DNA of 64,000 bases. Source: Octopus sinensis (Eukaryota). Under the pieces are notes generated by a model. That model searched no databases and was not told the DNA's origin. It worked only from the letters and a program-made list of their open reading frames with translations. Position 1 is the first letter of the stretch; each line of letters starts with the position of its first letter. The position numbers and the translations under genes are program-made. The stretch covers positions 8,246,001 to 8,310,000 of the forward strand of contig NC_043025.1 in assembly GCF_006345805.1 (NCBI RefSeq), given 5' to 3'. Below are positions 24,529 to 36,261 of this stretch, in pieces.

Positions 24529-24606
24529 AAATGTTCTTTATAAAATTATTTTAGCATTTTCTATTTTGACTTGTTTTTTCATATATATATATATATATTA
24601 TATATA

Positions 24607-24653
<47 letters not shown>

Positions 24654-25519
24654 CATAATATATATATATATACATAATATATATATATATACACACACAA
24701 CATATATATGTTTGTGTGTCTGTGTTTGTGTGTCTCCCCACCATCACTTCACAATCAATGTTGGTGTGTTTATGACCCTATAACTTAGCAGTTCAGCAAA
24801 GGGGGGGGGGCAACAGAGCAAGTACTAGGCTTACAGAGAATAAGTCCTGGGGTTGATTGCTCCAACTAAAAACCCTCAAAGGTGGCTCTCCAGCATGGCC
24901 ACAATCAGATAATTGAAACAAGTGCCCCAGCATGGCCACGGCTCGTGAGCTGAAACTAGATAAAATAAAATAAAATAAAATAAAAGTAAAACAATAAAAA
25001 AAAGAATGTGTGTGTGTGTGTGAGAGAGAGAAGGAGAGAGGGAAAGAGAGAGAGAGGGAAAGAGGGAGAGAGAGAAAAGTTTAAACATCTATGATATGCC
25101 TGATATTTTCATCATGCCTAAGTAGTGATACACCTTTGGGTTGTCCTCCAATCAGCATCCTCACTTTCTGGAGGACAGGATGATCTTGCTTCAAAGTAGT
25201 TGCAGTAGTGGTGGCGGTGGTGGTGGTGGTTGTGGTGGTGGTAGAAGCTGTATTGGTTGTAGTGATGCTGGCTGGCAGGCTTACCAAACAGAAGCACCCT
25301 TAACAACAACCAACTCTGACTTCTCCTCTGCCACTCCTCTTCATTCAACAGCATTCTGAGTCTGCAACGGGGGTGGGTGGGAGGGGGGGGAGTAAAATGG
25401 ATGCTGATGATAGTGATTGGTGGCGGTAGTGGTGGGGGTGGTGCTGGTGCTGGTTGTACTAGTACTAGTGATGGTGGTGGTGGTGATAGAAGTAACAGTA
25501 ACCATACTAACAGTTTAGC

Positions 25520-25920
25520 CGTATTTCGTCTGTTGTTACGTTCTGAGTTCAAATTCTGCCGAGGTCGACTTTGCCTTTCATCCTTTCGGAGTCGATAAAT
25601 TAAGTACCAGTTTCTCACTGGAATCGATGTAATTGACTTAATCCGTTTGTCTGTCCATGTTTGTCCCCTCTGTGTGTAGCCTCTTGTGGGTAGTAAAGAA
25701 ATAAGAAACGCTAGCACGCCGGGCGAGATGCTTAGCAGTATTTCATCTGCCGTTACGTTCTGAGTTCAAATTCCGCCGAGGTCAGCTTTGTCTTTCATCC
25801 TTTCGGGCTCGATAAATTAAGTACCAGTTACGCACTGGGGTCGATGTAATCGGTTTAATCCCTTTGTCTGTCCTTGTTTGTCCACTCTGTGTTTAGCCCC
25901 TTGTGGGTAGTAAAGAAATA
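25520..25920 (+). mobile_element. SINE family B tandem dimer
   Basis: Two consecutive 5'-clipped units. Confidence 0.82.
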
Positions 25921-26169
25921 AATAATAATAATCCTTTGTATTATGGGCACAAGGCCTGAAATTGGGGGGAGGGGAGGGGGATAGTCGATTACATCGACCC
26001 CAGTACTCAACTGGTACTTAATCTATCGACCCTGAAAGGATGAAAGGTAAAGTTAACCTCAGCGAAATTTGAACTCAGAACATAGTGACAGTCAAAATGC
26101 CACTAAGCATTTTTTTAATAATAATAATAACAACAACAACAACAACAACAACAATAATAACCAGACAGT

Positions 26170-26732
26170 GGCTATGCCCTGATGCAGTACCAGGCAGTGG
26201 CTCTCATGGCTTTTGATCTTAACTGATTGGAAGTGTTATCATGTACATTGTTTTGTCTTGATATAAAAGATGGGCTACAGCAAATATTCTGCTCAATACC
26301 ACAGATTTGCTTGTCAGTTGTTTGACCTTAACCAGTTGAGCATGTCCCTTAGTGGCTGACGATATGTGCATCTGTGATCACGAGCAGAAGTAGTGGGGGA
26401 GCATCATAGCCATGTGTTGAGAGGAATTCTTTGTGGTTTGAATAATTCACCTCTGGAAACATGGCTGTTTCGTTCGACATCTTTAAACAACCCTTATTCA
26501 GGGACCTTATGAGCAGGATGGGCTACTCAACCTGAAGAAAATTCTAACTGGGCCCCACCTGCAAGGTCATGTGCTGTTTATCTTGATATGAGATCACCAT
26601 ATCGTGCACATATGGTTGGGACACATGTGCCTAGTGTACCCTTATCAGACGAGTAGTCATGATGGGTATACTGGGCTTCGTATATTTTACCCCAGTGTCA
26701 CTTTGATGGCATGCACTGCTCTCTCACTCAAC
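26170..26732 (+). repeat. Family E full-length copy
   Basis: Colinear with 22173-22735; a partial copy is also at 40265-40545. Confidence 0.85.
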
Positions 26733-26775
26733 AATAATAGTAATAATAATAACAATAATAATAATAATAATAATA

Positions 26776-27205
26776 AGGCGTAGGTGTGGCTGTGTGGTAA
26801 GTAGCTTGCTTACCAACCACATGGTTCCAGGTTCAGTCCCACTGCGTGGCACATTGGGCAAGTGTCTTCTACTATAGCCTCGGGCCGACCAAAGCCTTGT
26901 GAGTGGATTTGGTAGACAGAAACTGAAAGAAGCCCGTTGTATATATGTATGTATATATATATATATATATGTGCATGTGTGTGTATATGTTTGTGTGTCT
27001 GTGTTTGTCCCCCTAGCATTGCTTGACAACCGATGCTGGTGTGTTTACGTCCCCGTCACTTAGCGGTTCGGCAAAAGAGACTGATAGAATTAAGTACTAG
27101 GCTTACAAAGAATAAGTCCTGCGGTCGATTTGCTCGACTAAAAAGGCGGTGCTCCAGCATGGCCACAGTCAAATGACTGAAACAAGTAAAAGAGTAAAAA
27201 GTAAA
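26776..27205 (+). mobile_element. SINE family A
   Basis: Full-length copy. Confidence 0.9.
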
Positions 27206-27454
27206 TAATAATAATAATAATAATAATTATGAAATTATTGTGTACATTGCTCGGGTGCACTACAATTGAACAAACCCATGATTGAACAAATTTCTGTCAT
27301 AACTAACCTCCCTTTCATATTTTAGATATTGTCTACCTCGGACTACGTACCAAATGTGTCTTTTCTTTCTTTTAAAGTGGTGGTGAGGTTAATAATGGTG
27401 ATGGTGGTGGTGTTTGAGGTGGTGATTGGAGTGTTAGAGGTGGACATGGTCGCT

Positions 27455-27808
27455 ATGTTCTGAGTTCAAATTCCGCCGAGGTCGACTTTGCCTTTCATCC
27501 TTTCAGGGTCGATTAAATAAGTACCAGTTACGCACTGGGGTCGATACAATCGACTTAATCTGTTTGTCTGTCCTTGTTTGTCCCCCCTGTGTGTTAGCCC
27601 TTTGTGGGTAGTAAAGAAATAGGTATTTCGTCTGCCATTACTTTATGAGTTCAAATTCCGCTGAGGTCGACTTTGCCTTTCATCATTTCGGGGTCGATTA
27701 AACAAGTACCAGTTACACACTGGAGTCGATGTAATCGACTTAATCCGTTTGTCTGTCCTTGTTTGTCCCCTCTGTGTTTAACCCCTTGTGGGTAGTAAAG
27801 AAATAGGT
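27455..27808 (+). mobile_element. SINE family B tandem dimer with aaatag|gtatttc junction
   Basis: Second unit starts at gtatttcgtctgcc directly after the tail of the first. Confidence 0.82.
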
Positions 27809-28274
27809 ATGGCTAGGCAGACCATATGTTTTTGTTTAATTTTCATGAAGTGCACCTGTTTGGACATGTCAATGATATTGAGTGTCAGTCTGTGGCCATG
27901 CTGGGGCAACCTTATTTTAGTCTAGTACTTAATTTATCAATCTCTGTTTATTGAATTGCTAAGTCAATGTTTTGTTTTGTTTTGTTTTTTTTTTCTTTTT
28001 TTTTTTCTTTTCTGAACAACATTATTTACGCTTGTTGAAATGACGCTTGTGTTTACGTAAACAAACACGGAAACATCATCCCCACCCACTACACATGCAA
28101 ACAGACACACACACCATGCCTCAGACATACGTCATCACCCCCCCCCACACACACACACACGTAGTATGCAACAGTTATCCAAACAGATTCCTTCTACCAA
28201 ATTCCACTCACAAGATATTAATATACACGTGTGTGTGTGTGTATGCATTTATATATGTATGTATGTATGTATAT

Positions 28275-29068
28275 ATGTATATATTTCTTTACTGCCCACA
28301 AGGGGCTAAACATAGAGGGGACAAACAAGGACAGACAAAGGGATTAAGTCGATTACATCGACCCCAGTGCGTAACTGGTATTTTATTTAAGGCGGTGAGC
28401 TGGCAGAAACGTTAGCACGCCGGGTGAAATGCTTTGCGGTATTTTGTCTGCCGCTACGTTCTGAGTTCAAATTCTGCCAAGGTCGACTTTGCCTTTCATC
28501 CTTTCGGGGTCGATAAATTAAGTACCAGTTACACACTGGAGTCGATATAATTGACTTAATCCGTTTGTCTGTCCTTGTTTGTCCTCTCTGTGTTTAGCCC
28601 CTTGTCGGTAGTAAAGAAATAGGTACTTTATTTATCAGCCCCCAAAGGATGAAAGGCAAAGTCGACCTCGGCAGAATTTGAACTCAGAATGTAACGGCAG
28701 ACGAAATGCGGCTATGCATTTCGCCCGGCGTGCTAACGTTTCTGCCAGCTCACCGCCTTCAAATGTATATATGTATATGTGTATACATGTGCGTATGTGT
28801 GTGTATGCATGCATACTTTTTTGGGACTTTATGAACAACTGACTAAATATATATATTTCTTTACTGCCCAGAAGGGGCTAAACATAGAGGGGACAAACAA
28901 GGACAGACGAAGGGATTGAGTCGATTATATCGTCCCCAGTGCGAAACTGGTACTTTATTTATCGACCCTGAAAGGATGAAAGGCAATTTGAACTCAGAAC
29001 GTAACGACAGATGAAATACTGCCAAGCATTTCGCCCGGTGTGCTAACGTGTCTGCCAGCTCCCCGCCT
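28275..29068. mobile_element. Cluster of four SINE family B pieces in mixed orientation (-, +, -, -)
   Basis: 28275-28385(-), 28390-28624(+), 28625-28758(-), 28855-29068(-). Confidence 0.82.
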
Positions 29069-29324
29069 ACTGACCAAATATATACATGATGTATCAAGCT
29101 AAGTAAAACTGGTGTCATCCATACATACAGGCTTGTCTTTTACAGGTGCTGGTGCCGCATAAAATGCACTCGAGCCTCTGCTACATAGGCACACCCGCAC
29201 TGGTGGCACATAGGAAGCACCCAGCAGACTCTACCAGTCAAAGAAACACAAAACGCAGACATAAAAAATAGGCATACTTTATTGTTTTATGGTGAGAGAT
29301 CAGTGGTATATCTGATGTCCTTGG

Positions 29325-29690
29325 TTCTGGGCGCGCAAGGCTGAAAGTTAATCGATTGTAATATTTACAATGTTCAGCCGCTAAAAACAGAACGGGTCAA
29401 AATGGCGTCCGGAGGAAGAAGATGATGTTGACTGCAACAATTCAGGTTAAAAGTCTTCGGCCAAAAGACTGCTGCTATCAAAACCGGAGAGAGAGCGAAT
29501 TAAACGTCTGCTTCTATGAAAAGCCTGCCGCTGTCTGCCGGACGCTAATGGTCAACCCTTTACGCTTCCTTGCCTCTTTGTTAAGGCTCGCGCTCCCTTC
29601 GCCTAAATAAGCTAAGGCCACGTCAGCAAAATTCCCTCTTCCGGACTTTGTGTATTCGCGAGAGGGCGTTGCGCGCGTGCGCGCTGTTGT
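29325..29690. promoter_or_regulatory. CpG-rich, promoter-like single-copy segment
   Basis: High CpG density relative to flanks; AAAATGGCG (YY1-type), CTTCCGG (ETS-type), GCCACGTCA (CRE/UPRE-type), TTCGCGAGA, GCGCGCGTGCGCGC. Confidence 0.5.
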
Positions 29691-30535
29691 ATAGGATCAC
29701 TACACCAGCATGGGAAATGGATGTTAAACGATGATGATGATATATATATATATACATAATACATACATATATATATATATCATATACATATATATATACA
29801 CACACATATATATATATCACCGTGATCACCGTGACTGACCAGGCTATCAGATGTTGTTACACATCGCTGGTTACAATGCGCTTCACATTGTTTTAGCCTT
29901 CATATGACGCCACCCTGCTGGCTAAGCGAGCAGGCCAACGGAAGAAAGAGTGGTGAAAGAGTACAGCAGGGATCACTACCCCCTGCCGGAGCCTCGTGGA
30001 GCTTTTAGGTGTTTTTGCTGGGAATCGAAACCGTTATCCTCCAACCGTGAGTCCGCTGCCCTAACCACTGGGCCATTGCGGATCCATATATATACATATA
30101 TATATATATCACGTGATCACGTAACCGACCAGTCCATCAGATGTAGTTTCACATCGCTGGTCACAATGCGTTCGCATTGTTTTAGCCTTCGAATGACGCC
30201 ACCCTGCTGGCTAAGCGAGCAGGCCAACAAGAGTGGGAGAAAGAGTGGTGAAAGAGTACAGCAGGGATCACCACCCCCTGCTGGAGCCTCGTGGAGCTTT
30301 TAGGTGTTTTCACTCAATAAACACTCACAACGCCCGGTCTGGGAATCGAAACCGCGATCCTACAACTGCGAGTTTTGACTGTCTCCTATCTTGTAGACAT
30401 TGCCTGTTATAGGTAATTTCTTTTTGTGTTTTAATGTACACTATTTTATATATATATATGTATATATCGGGACGCCATGATAGATCGTTAGCTCTTGCAC
30501 GCATTTTTTTTCTCTCCTTGTTTTTTTTCTGTGTA

Positions 30536-30573
30536 TCTTTCTGTCGAAGAGCGTAGGCTCAAAACGTAAAAGA
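30536..30573 (+). ncRNA. Degenerate hammerhead motif
   Basis: UCUUU CUGUCGA A GAGC-GUAG-GCUC AAAAC GUA AAAGA; both core boxes have one change. Confidence 0.5.
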
Positions 30574-30694
30574 CTTTTTCTATCTCTATTCCTGAGCGCC
30601 ATACTAATACAATTGTTTGTTTGTACTCCACTTGCCTTTGTCTTTTGTTTATTTTCGTAAACCTTCCCGTTATATATATATATATATATATATA

Positions 30695-31072
30695 CACTAC
30701 CGTCAGAAATTAATTAGCACCCTTGATTTGCTCTTCACTCAAGGTATGTGCTGTCACCTAGTGGCCATATCTCAAACTATTGCTTTGTTGCGAGTTCACT
30801 GTTGCGCAGAACGATGACGTAACTTTGTTTGCAGAGCAGTTTGAGAGTCTACAGCCTTATGATGTTGACATAGCAGTGCAACAACAACTTGGAGTGCGGA
30901 TGCAGACAAATCTTCCTTTGTTTAATAGATATAGGTAGCGCCTCGCAAGGACCGAAATCACACCATACTAAGTTTTCTCATCGCGTAAGACGTTTTGAAC
31001 AGCTCATAGGTTAATTGATTTAACCTATTAATGTAGAAATTTGAGAAATGCTAATTAATTTCTGACGCAGTG
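30695..31072. mobile_element. Tc1/mariner-like MITE
   Basis: TIRs CACTACCGTCAGAAATTAATTAGCA (30695-30719) and TGCTAATTAATTTCTGACGCAGTG (31049-31072), flanked by TA on both sides. Confidence 0.78.
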
Positions 31073-31165
31073 TATTATATTAAATTAGAGATAAAACCAC
31101 TATTAGGCAAATCAGACACTGTTTGATTTGCCTAATAGTGGTTTTATCTCTAATTTAATATAATA
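31073..31165. repeat. Perfect inverted repeat, 42-bp arms, 9-nt loop
   Basis: 31073-31114 is the exact reverse complement of 31124-31165. Confidence 0.95.
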
Positions 31166-31235
31166 TATATATATTTATACTATAAAATTGGATTTAATCC
31201 TAAATCTATTTTTTCCCTGTAAGTTTGGTAGAAGG

Positions 31236-31286
31236 AGCTTCTACAGGACTAGAACTGTTTCATTCAAAAGAAATCATCAGGAAGCT
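31236..31286 (-). ncRNA. Type I hammerhead ribozyme motif, identical mirror copy
   Basis: Exact reverse complement of 31312-31362 within the perfect palindrome 31229-31369. Confidence 0.75.
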
Positions 31287-31311
31287 AGTAGACAAGAGTT
31301 TCTTGTCTACT

Positions 31312-31362
31312 AGCTTCCTGATGATTTCTTTTGAATGAAACAGTTCTAGTCCTGTAGAAGCT
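31312..31362 (+). ncRNA. Type I hammerhead ribozyme motif, core complete
   Basis: Stem I AGCUUC/GAAGCU; CUGAUGA; stem II UUUC-UUUU-GAAU; GAA; stem III ACAG/CUGU with 8-nt loop; GUA triplet (predicted cut after A31356). Confidence 0.75.
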
Positions 31363-31585
31363 CCTTCTATATAATAAAATATATATATATACATGCATAT
31401 ATGAGTACAGGACATTGAAAAAACGTAGACAAAATGAGAAACGAGAACATAAAAAACAAAAACATAGAAAACGAACTTTTTTTCGAACAATGAAAGAAAC
31501 AAACAAACAGAGAAATGAGACAGGCAACATAAAGAACATCCCCTTCATCAGTTGTCCCCTGTTTTATCTACTCCATTCTGATATT

Positions 31586-31689
31586 AGATAGACAGACAGA
31601 CAGACAGGTAGGTAGGTAGGTAGGTAGGTAGGTAGGTAGGTAGGTAGGTAGGTAAGTAGGTAGATAGATAGATAGACAGACAGGCAGAC

Positions 31690-31724
<35 letters not shown>

Positions 31725-31914
31725 CGGATGGATGGATGGATGGATGGATGGACAGACAGACAGACAGACAGATAGATAAATAGGTAGATAGATAGATAGA
31801 TGGATGGATGGATGGATGGATGGATGGATGGATGGATGGACAGACAAACAGACAGATAGATAGATAGACAGACAGATAGATAGATAGATAGATAGATGGA
31901 TGGATGGACGGATG

Positions 31915-31948
<34 letters not shown>

Positions 31949-31990
31949 TAGATAGATAGATGGATGGATGGATGGATGGATGGACGGATG

Positions 31991-32077
<87 letters not shown>

Positions 32078-32156
32078 GGATGGATGGATGGACAGACAGA
32101 CAGACAAACAGACAGACAGAGATAGATAGATAGATAGATAGATGGATGGACGGATG

Positions 32157-32190
<34 letters not shown>

Positions 32191-32283
32191 TAGATAGATA
32201 GATGGATGGATGGATGGATGGATGGATGGATGGATGGACGGATGGACAGACAGACAGACAGATAGATAGATAGATAGATAGTT
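31586..32283. repeat. (GATA/GACA/GATG/GGTA)n tetranucleotide satellite
   Basis: Direct inspection. Confidence 0.97.
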
Positions 32284-32949
32284 TGGTAAAGCATTCCAAT
32301 CACGACCATTCCATATTTTATTCAGACACAAAATATCTTTGGTGGCACAATTCAACTATTTTTCAGATGCTTAGGTGAGATTGAGGGAAATTTTTTTCTG
32401 CTGGCTGTTTCTAGCAGTCTCCCCCCCACCGCCCACCCCGCCCCGCCGGGCCGCCCTCTTAGCTCCAGCCCCCTACCACCACACTACACCACACCACACG
32501 CTCATTGTCTTGATTCAACGGTATGGAGTGGTAGTCGGTGGAGGGTGGTAAGGATAAAAGATATTTATCACTTTGCAAGAAATATTTCCCCCCACCCAAC
32601 CCCACACCCCTTCCTTCTTTCCCCCTCTCACCTCATCACTATGACACGGTAGGGATGGGGTGGAATTGGTGGTTGGTTGGGTTGAGTAGGAGGTGGATGG
32701 GGGTGGATAAGGGGTTGGAGGAGTTAGGAAGGAATTGGTCTCCATTGGAATATTTAATAGGTATGGAAGCAGTTCACACCACCACTGCCATCATCACCAC
32801 CACCACCACCACCACCACCACCACCACCACTACCACCACCACCACCACCACCACTACTACTTCTACTATCACCACCATCACCACCACTACCAACACAATC
32901 ATCATCATTACCACCATAGTACCACCATCAGCGTGTGTGTGTGTGTGTG

Positions 32950-32992
<43 letters not shown>

Positions 32993-33652
32993 TGTGTGTG
33001 TGGATATGCTAGGGGGAAGGTAAGGGGCAGCCCATGAAGAAAAACTGATACAGTTTTCTCCTCAGTTGACCTCGTGAACTCTGTTTTAACTTACCTAATT
33101 TCTGTCAGTCTGTCTGTATGTATGTATGCCCACCCCCCCACCATCACTATCTATATTCTTGTTGTTGGTTCTGTTAATAATGAGAGGGTTAGTGATGGTG
33201 GTAGTGGTGGCTGTTTTGTTGGTTGTAGTGTGTATAGTCAGGATAGGAACAAAACTCAACACACATACACAGACACATAAACTCTATCGGCTGTCAAGAT
33301 GAAGCAATCATCATATATATATTTAGAGAGAGAGATTCAGAGGAATATGGTACTCGGCGAGCTGGCAGAATCGTTAGCGCGCCGGGCGAAATGCTTAGCG
33401 GTATTTCGTCTGCCGTTACGTTGTGAGTTCAAATTCCGCCGAGGTCGACTTTGCCTTTCATCCTTTTGGGGTTGAATAAATAAGTACCAGTTACGCACTG
33501 GGGTCGATGTAATCGACTTAATACCTATGTCTGTCCTTGTTTGTCCCCTCTATGTTTAACCCCTTGTGGGTAATAAAGAAATAGGTACTTAAGTAGAGGC
33601 ACCAGAATTTAGTACGGTATTATCCATACAATTTCAAAGTAAGGTGATCAAA

Positions 33653-33885
33653 ATCAAAATAAGCAACAAGGATATCCAGAGGTAATGCAGTACGATCGTT
33701 TCATGCAACTCCATTTAATTGAACAATGCAATCATTATATCAATTTAATTAAATTCTATGTCTTTGTGCAGCTGAGGATAGCCCTGCATTTAAATTGATG
33801 TAATGATTGCATTGTTCAATTAAATGGAATTGCATGAAACGATCGTACTGCATTACCTCTGGATATCCTTGCTGCTTATTTTGAT
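33653..33885. repeat. Inverted repeat, 96-bp arms, 41-bp spacer, 3 mismatches
   Basis: 33653-33748 versus 33790-33885; all three differences are transitions. Confidence 0.92.
33767..33852 (+). ncRNA. Hammerhead-like motif with long stem II
   Basis: Stem I UGCAG/CUGCA; CUGAGGA; ~57-nt hairpin insert with a bulged base; GAAAC-GAUC-GUA. Confidence 0.5.
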
Positions 33886-33896
33886 ATATATATATA

Positions 33897-34317
33897 TACT
33901 CTTTATTCTTTTACTTGTTTCAGTCATTTGACTGTGGCCATGCTGGAGCACCGCCTTTAGTTGAGCAAATCGTCCCCAGGACTTATTTTTTGTAAGCCTA
34001 GTACTTATTCTGTCGGCCTCTTTTACCGACCTGCTAAGTTACGGGGACATAAACACACCAGCATCGGTTGTCAAGCGATGTCGGGGGGACAAACACAGAC
34101 ACACAAACATATACACACACATACATATATATATTATATATATACATATATATGACGGGCTTCTTTCAGTTTCCGTCTACCAAATCCACTCACAAGGCTT
34201 TGGTCGGCCCGTGGCTATAGCAGAAGACACTTGCCCAAGGTGCCACGCAGTGGGACTGAACCCGGAACCATGTGGTTGGTAAGCAAGCTACTTACCACAC
34301 AGCCACTCCTGTGCCTA
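33897..34317 (-). mobile_element. SINE family A
   Basis: Full-length reverse copy. Confidence 0.9.
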
Positions 34318-34659
34318 TATACATAATTATAACAAGGGATTGGCTATAAGCCTCTGTGCATGTTAGAAAAATAGATGCCTAAAGGCACTATTACCACCTT
34401 AAATACTCCAAAAATTAAACACGGGCTGTAGTTGGGCAAAAGAAACATAATGAATTAAACTTTTGGTTAACCGTGTACAAGATCATGTTTCAAGCTCAAG
34501 ATGAAAAAATTATACTGAACCGTTCTCATCAGCAATGATATTCCATTGTATAGATTGACAAGTATCTACATATATACGTATACGAGCATTGACTTCATAC
34601 AGCAATATATATACACACTTGTAGAAATATTATGATTAAAATATAAATATATATATACA

Positions 34660-35337
34660 CTAGCAGTAATACCTGTCGTTCATCGGATAATTACTTTTAC
34701 TCTTTCTCAGGAGTCACATTCAAAGTATTATTATATATATAATAGATTTCTCAACGGGGATTTCAGGGGAGAGTTTCAGGGAGTCGCTGGCGATGTATCG
34801 TGATGATCAAAAATCCGGCCTGCTAAAATTTGGTTAAAGTGATTCAAACTGCAGTCTCAACGCAAAATGGTCACATTTAATTCAAAGCGTTAAAAATGTT
34901 ATGAAAACATTTGGTATGTGTTCACAAAGTCCAAACGATTAATACGAAAAAACCCTCCAGGTTACATCCCAAAAATTCATTTCTTTGCCGAATTTCTACA
35001 ATGTTTACGGCGATTCGTTTTTATATCTTGATTTTTTATTTTTCATGCAATTTACGCATGCTTGCACGCATGGTGAACACAGTTCATGTTAAACAGCTGA
35101 CTGAGTAAAGTTCACTATTCGATGCATGGGATAAGGCCTAAACAAACACATTATCGATTTTTGCACTTGCGAGATGAATTTCGGAACAGAAATAGCGCAG
35201 TTCAATTTTCATTCACCTAAACTTTAAGTGACCCATTTTTGGTGGTTCTACGATTTGTTGGCTAAGAGGAGATGTGCCAGGAAGTTAAACACACAGACAC
35301 ACATACAGACACACAAGTTGAGTTTTATATATATAGA
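34660..35337 (-). mobile_element. Non-autonomous Helitron, second family
   Basis: Minus strand A|TCTATATATATAAAACTCAAC...GTATTACTGCTAG|T; same terminal grammar as above. Confidence 0.72.
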
Positions 35338-35831
35338 TATGTGAACTATTGAGAAGTCTGCAGTTACTCTATCCAGATTATAAGTTCAAGTTTATACCTG
35401 TAGTTATTGGGGCCCTGGGACATGTAACACACCGCCTAAGTACTAAACTTGTTAAATTAGGCTTCTCAAAACCAGAAGGAGAAAGCTAATTCGATGACTA
35501 CAGATCCAATCCATCACTGGAACTGTAAAAATCTGTAAAACTTTCCAGAAGTTTATCATTCAAATATATATGAGCATGTCTAGATATGTAACTCTATGCA
35601 TGAGAATACATACAAAAAGCAAAACATACATACATATATACATATATACATACAAATAAAAATACCCTGTTGTTAATGTTGAAATTCCAATGAAGGAGCC
35701 TTGAATCTAGGTTAGAAACCGGTTCTTTCTCTATTGGCAAGAAATCTTGAAATTAAACTGAACAAGGACATACATACATACATACATACACACAGACATA
35801 TATATATATATATTTATATATATATGTATAT

Positions 35832-35997
35832 AGGCACAGGAGTGGCTGTGTGGTAAGTGGCTTGCTTACCAACCACATGGTTCCGGGTTCAGTCCCACTG
35901 GATGGCATCTTGGGCAAGTGTCTTCTGCTATAGCCTCGGGCCGACCAATGCCTTGTGAGTGGATTTGGTAGACGGAAATTGAAAGAAGCCCATCGTA

Positions 35998-36034
<37 letters not shown>

Positions 36035-36243
36035 GTGTGTGTTTGTGTGCCTGTGTTTGTCCCCCTAGCATTGCTTGACAACCGATGCTGGTGTGTTTAT
36101 GTCCCCGTCACTTAGCGGTTCGGCAAAAGAGACCAATAGAATAAGTACTGGGCTTACAAAGAATAAGTCCCGGGGCCGATTTGCTCGACTAAAGACGGTG
36201 CTTCAGCATGGCCACAGTCAAATGACTGAAACAAGTAAAGAGT
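35832..36243 (+). mobile_element. SINE family A
   Basis: Full-length copy. Confidence 0.9.
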
Positions 36244-36261
36244 ATCTTTATTAAGGCTGCC

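Larger units (their letters stand above)
31229..31369. repeat. Perfect inverted repeat, 69-bp arms, 3-nt loop
   Basis: 31229-31297 is the exact reverse complement of 31301-31369; loop GTT. Confidence 0.95.

Noticed and set aside
29325-29690. Telomerase RNA, RNase P/MRP, U3 or 7SK identity for the CpG-rich segment
   Set aside because: No CCCUAA template, P4 pairing or box motifs in the right order could be found by eye.
31530-31562. CTGATGA/CTGACGA boxes on the minus strand here and at ~56290
   Set aside because: No matching stem II plus GAAAC-NUH could be assembled, so not counted as hammerheads.
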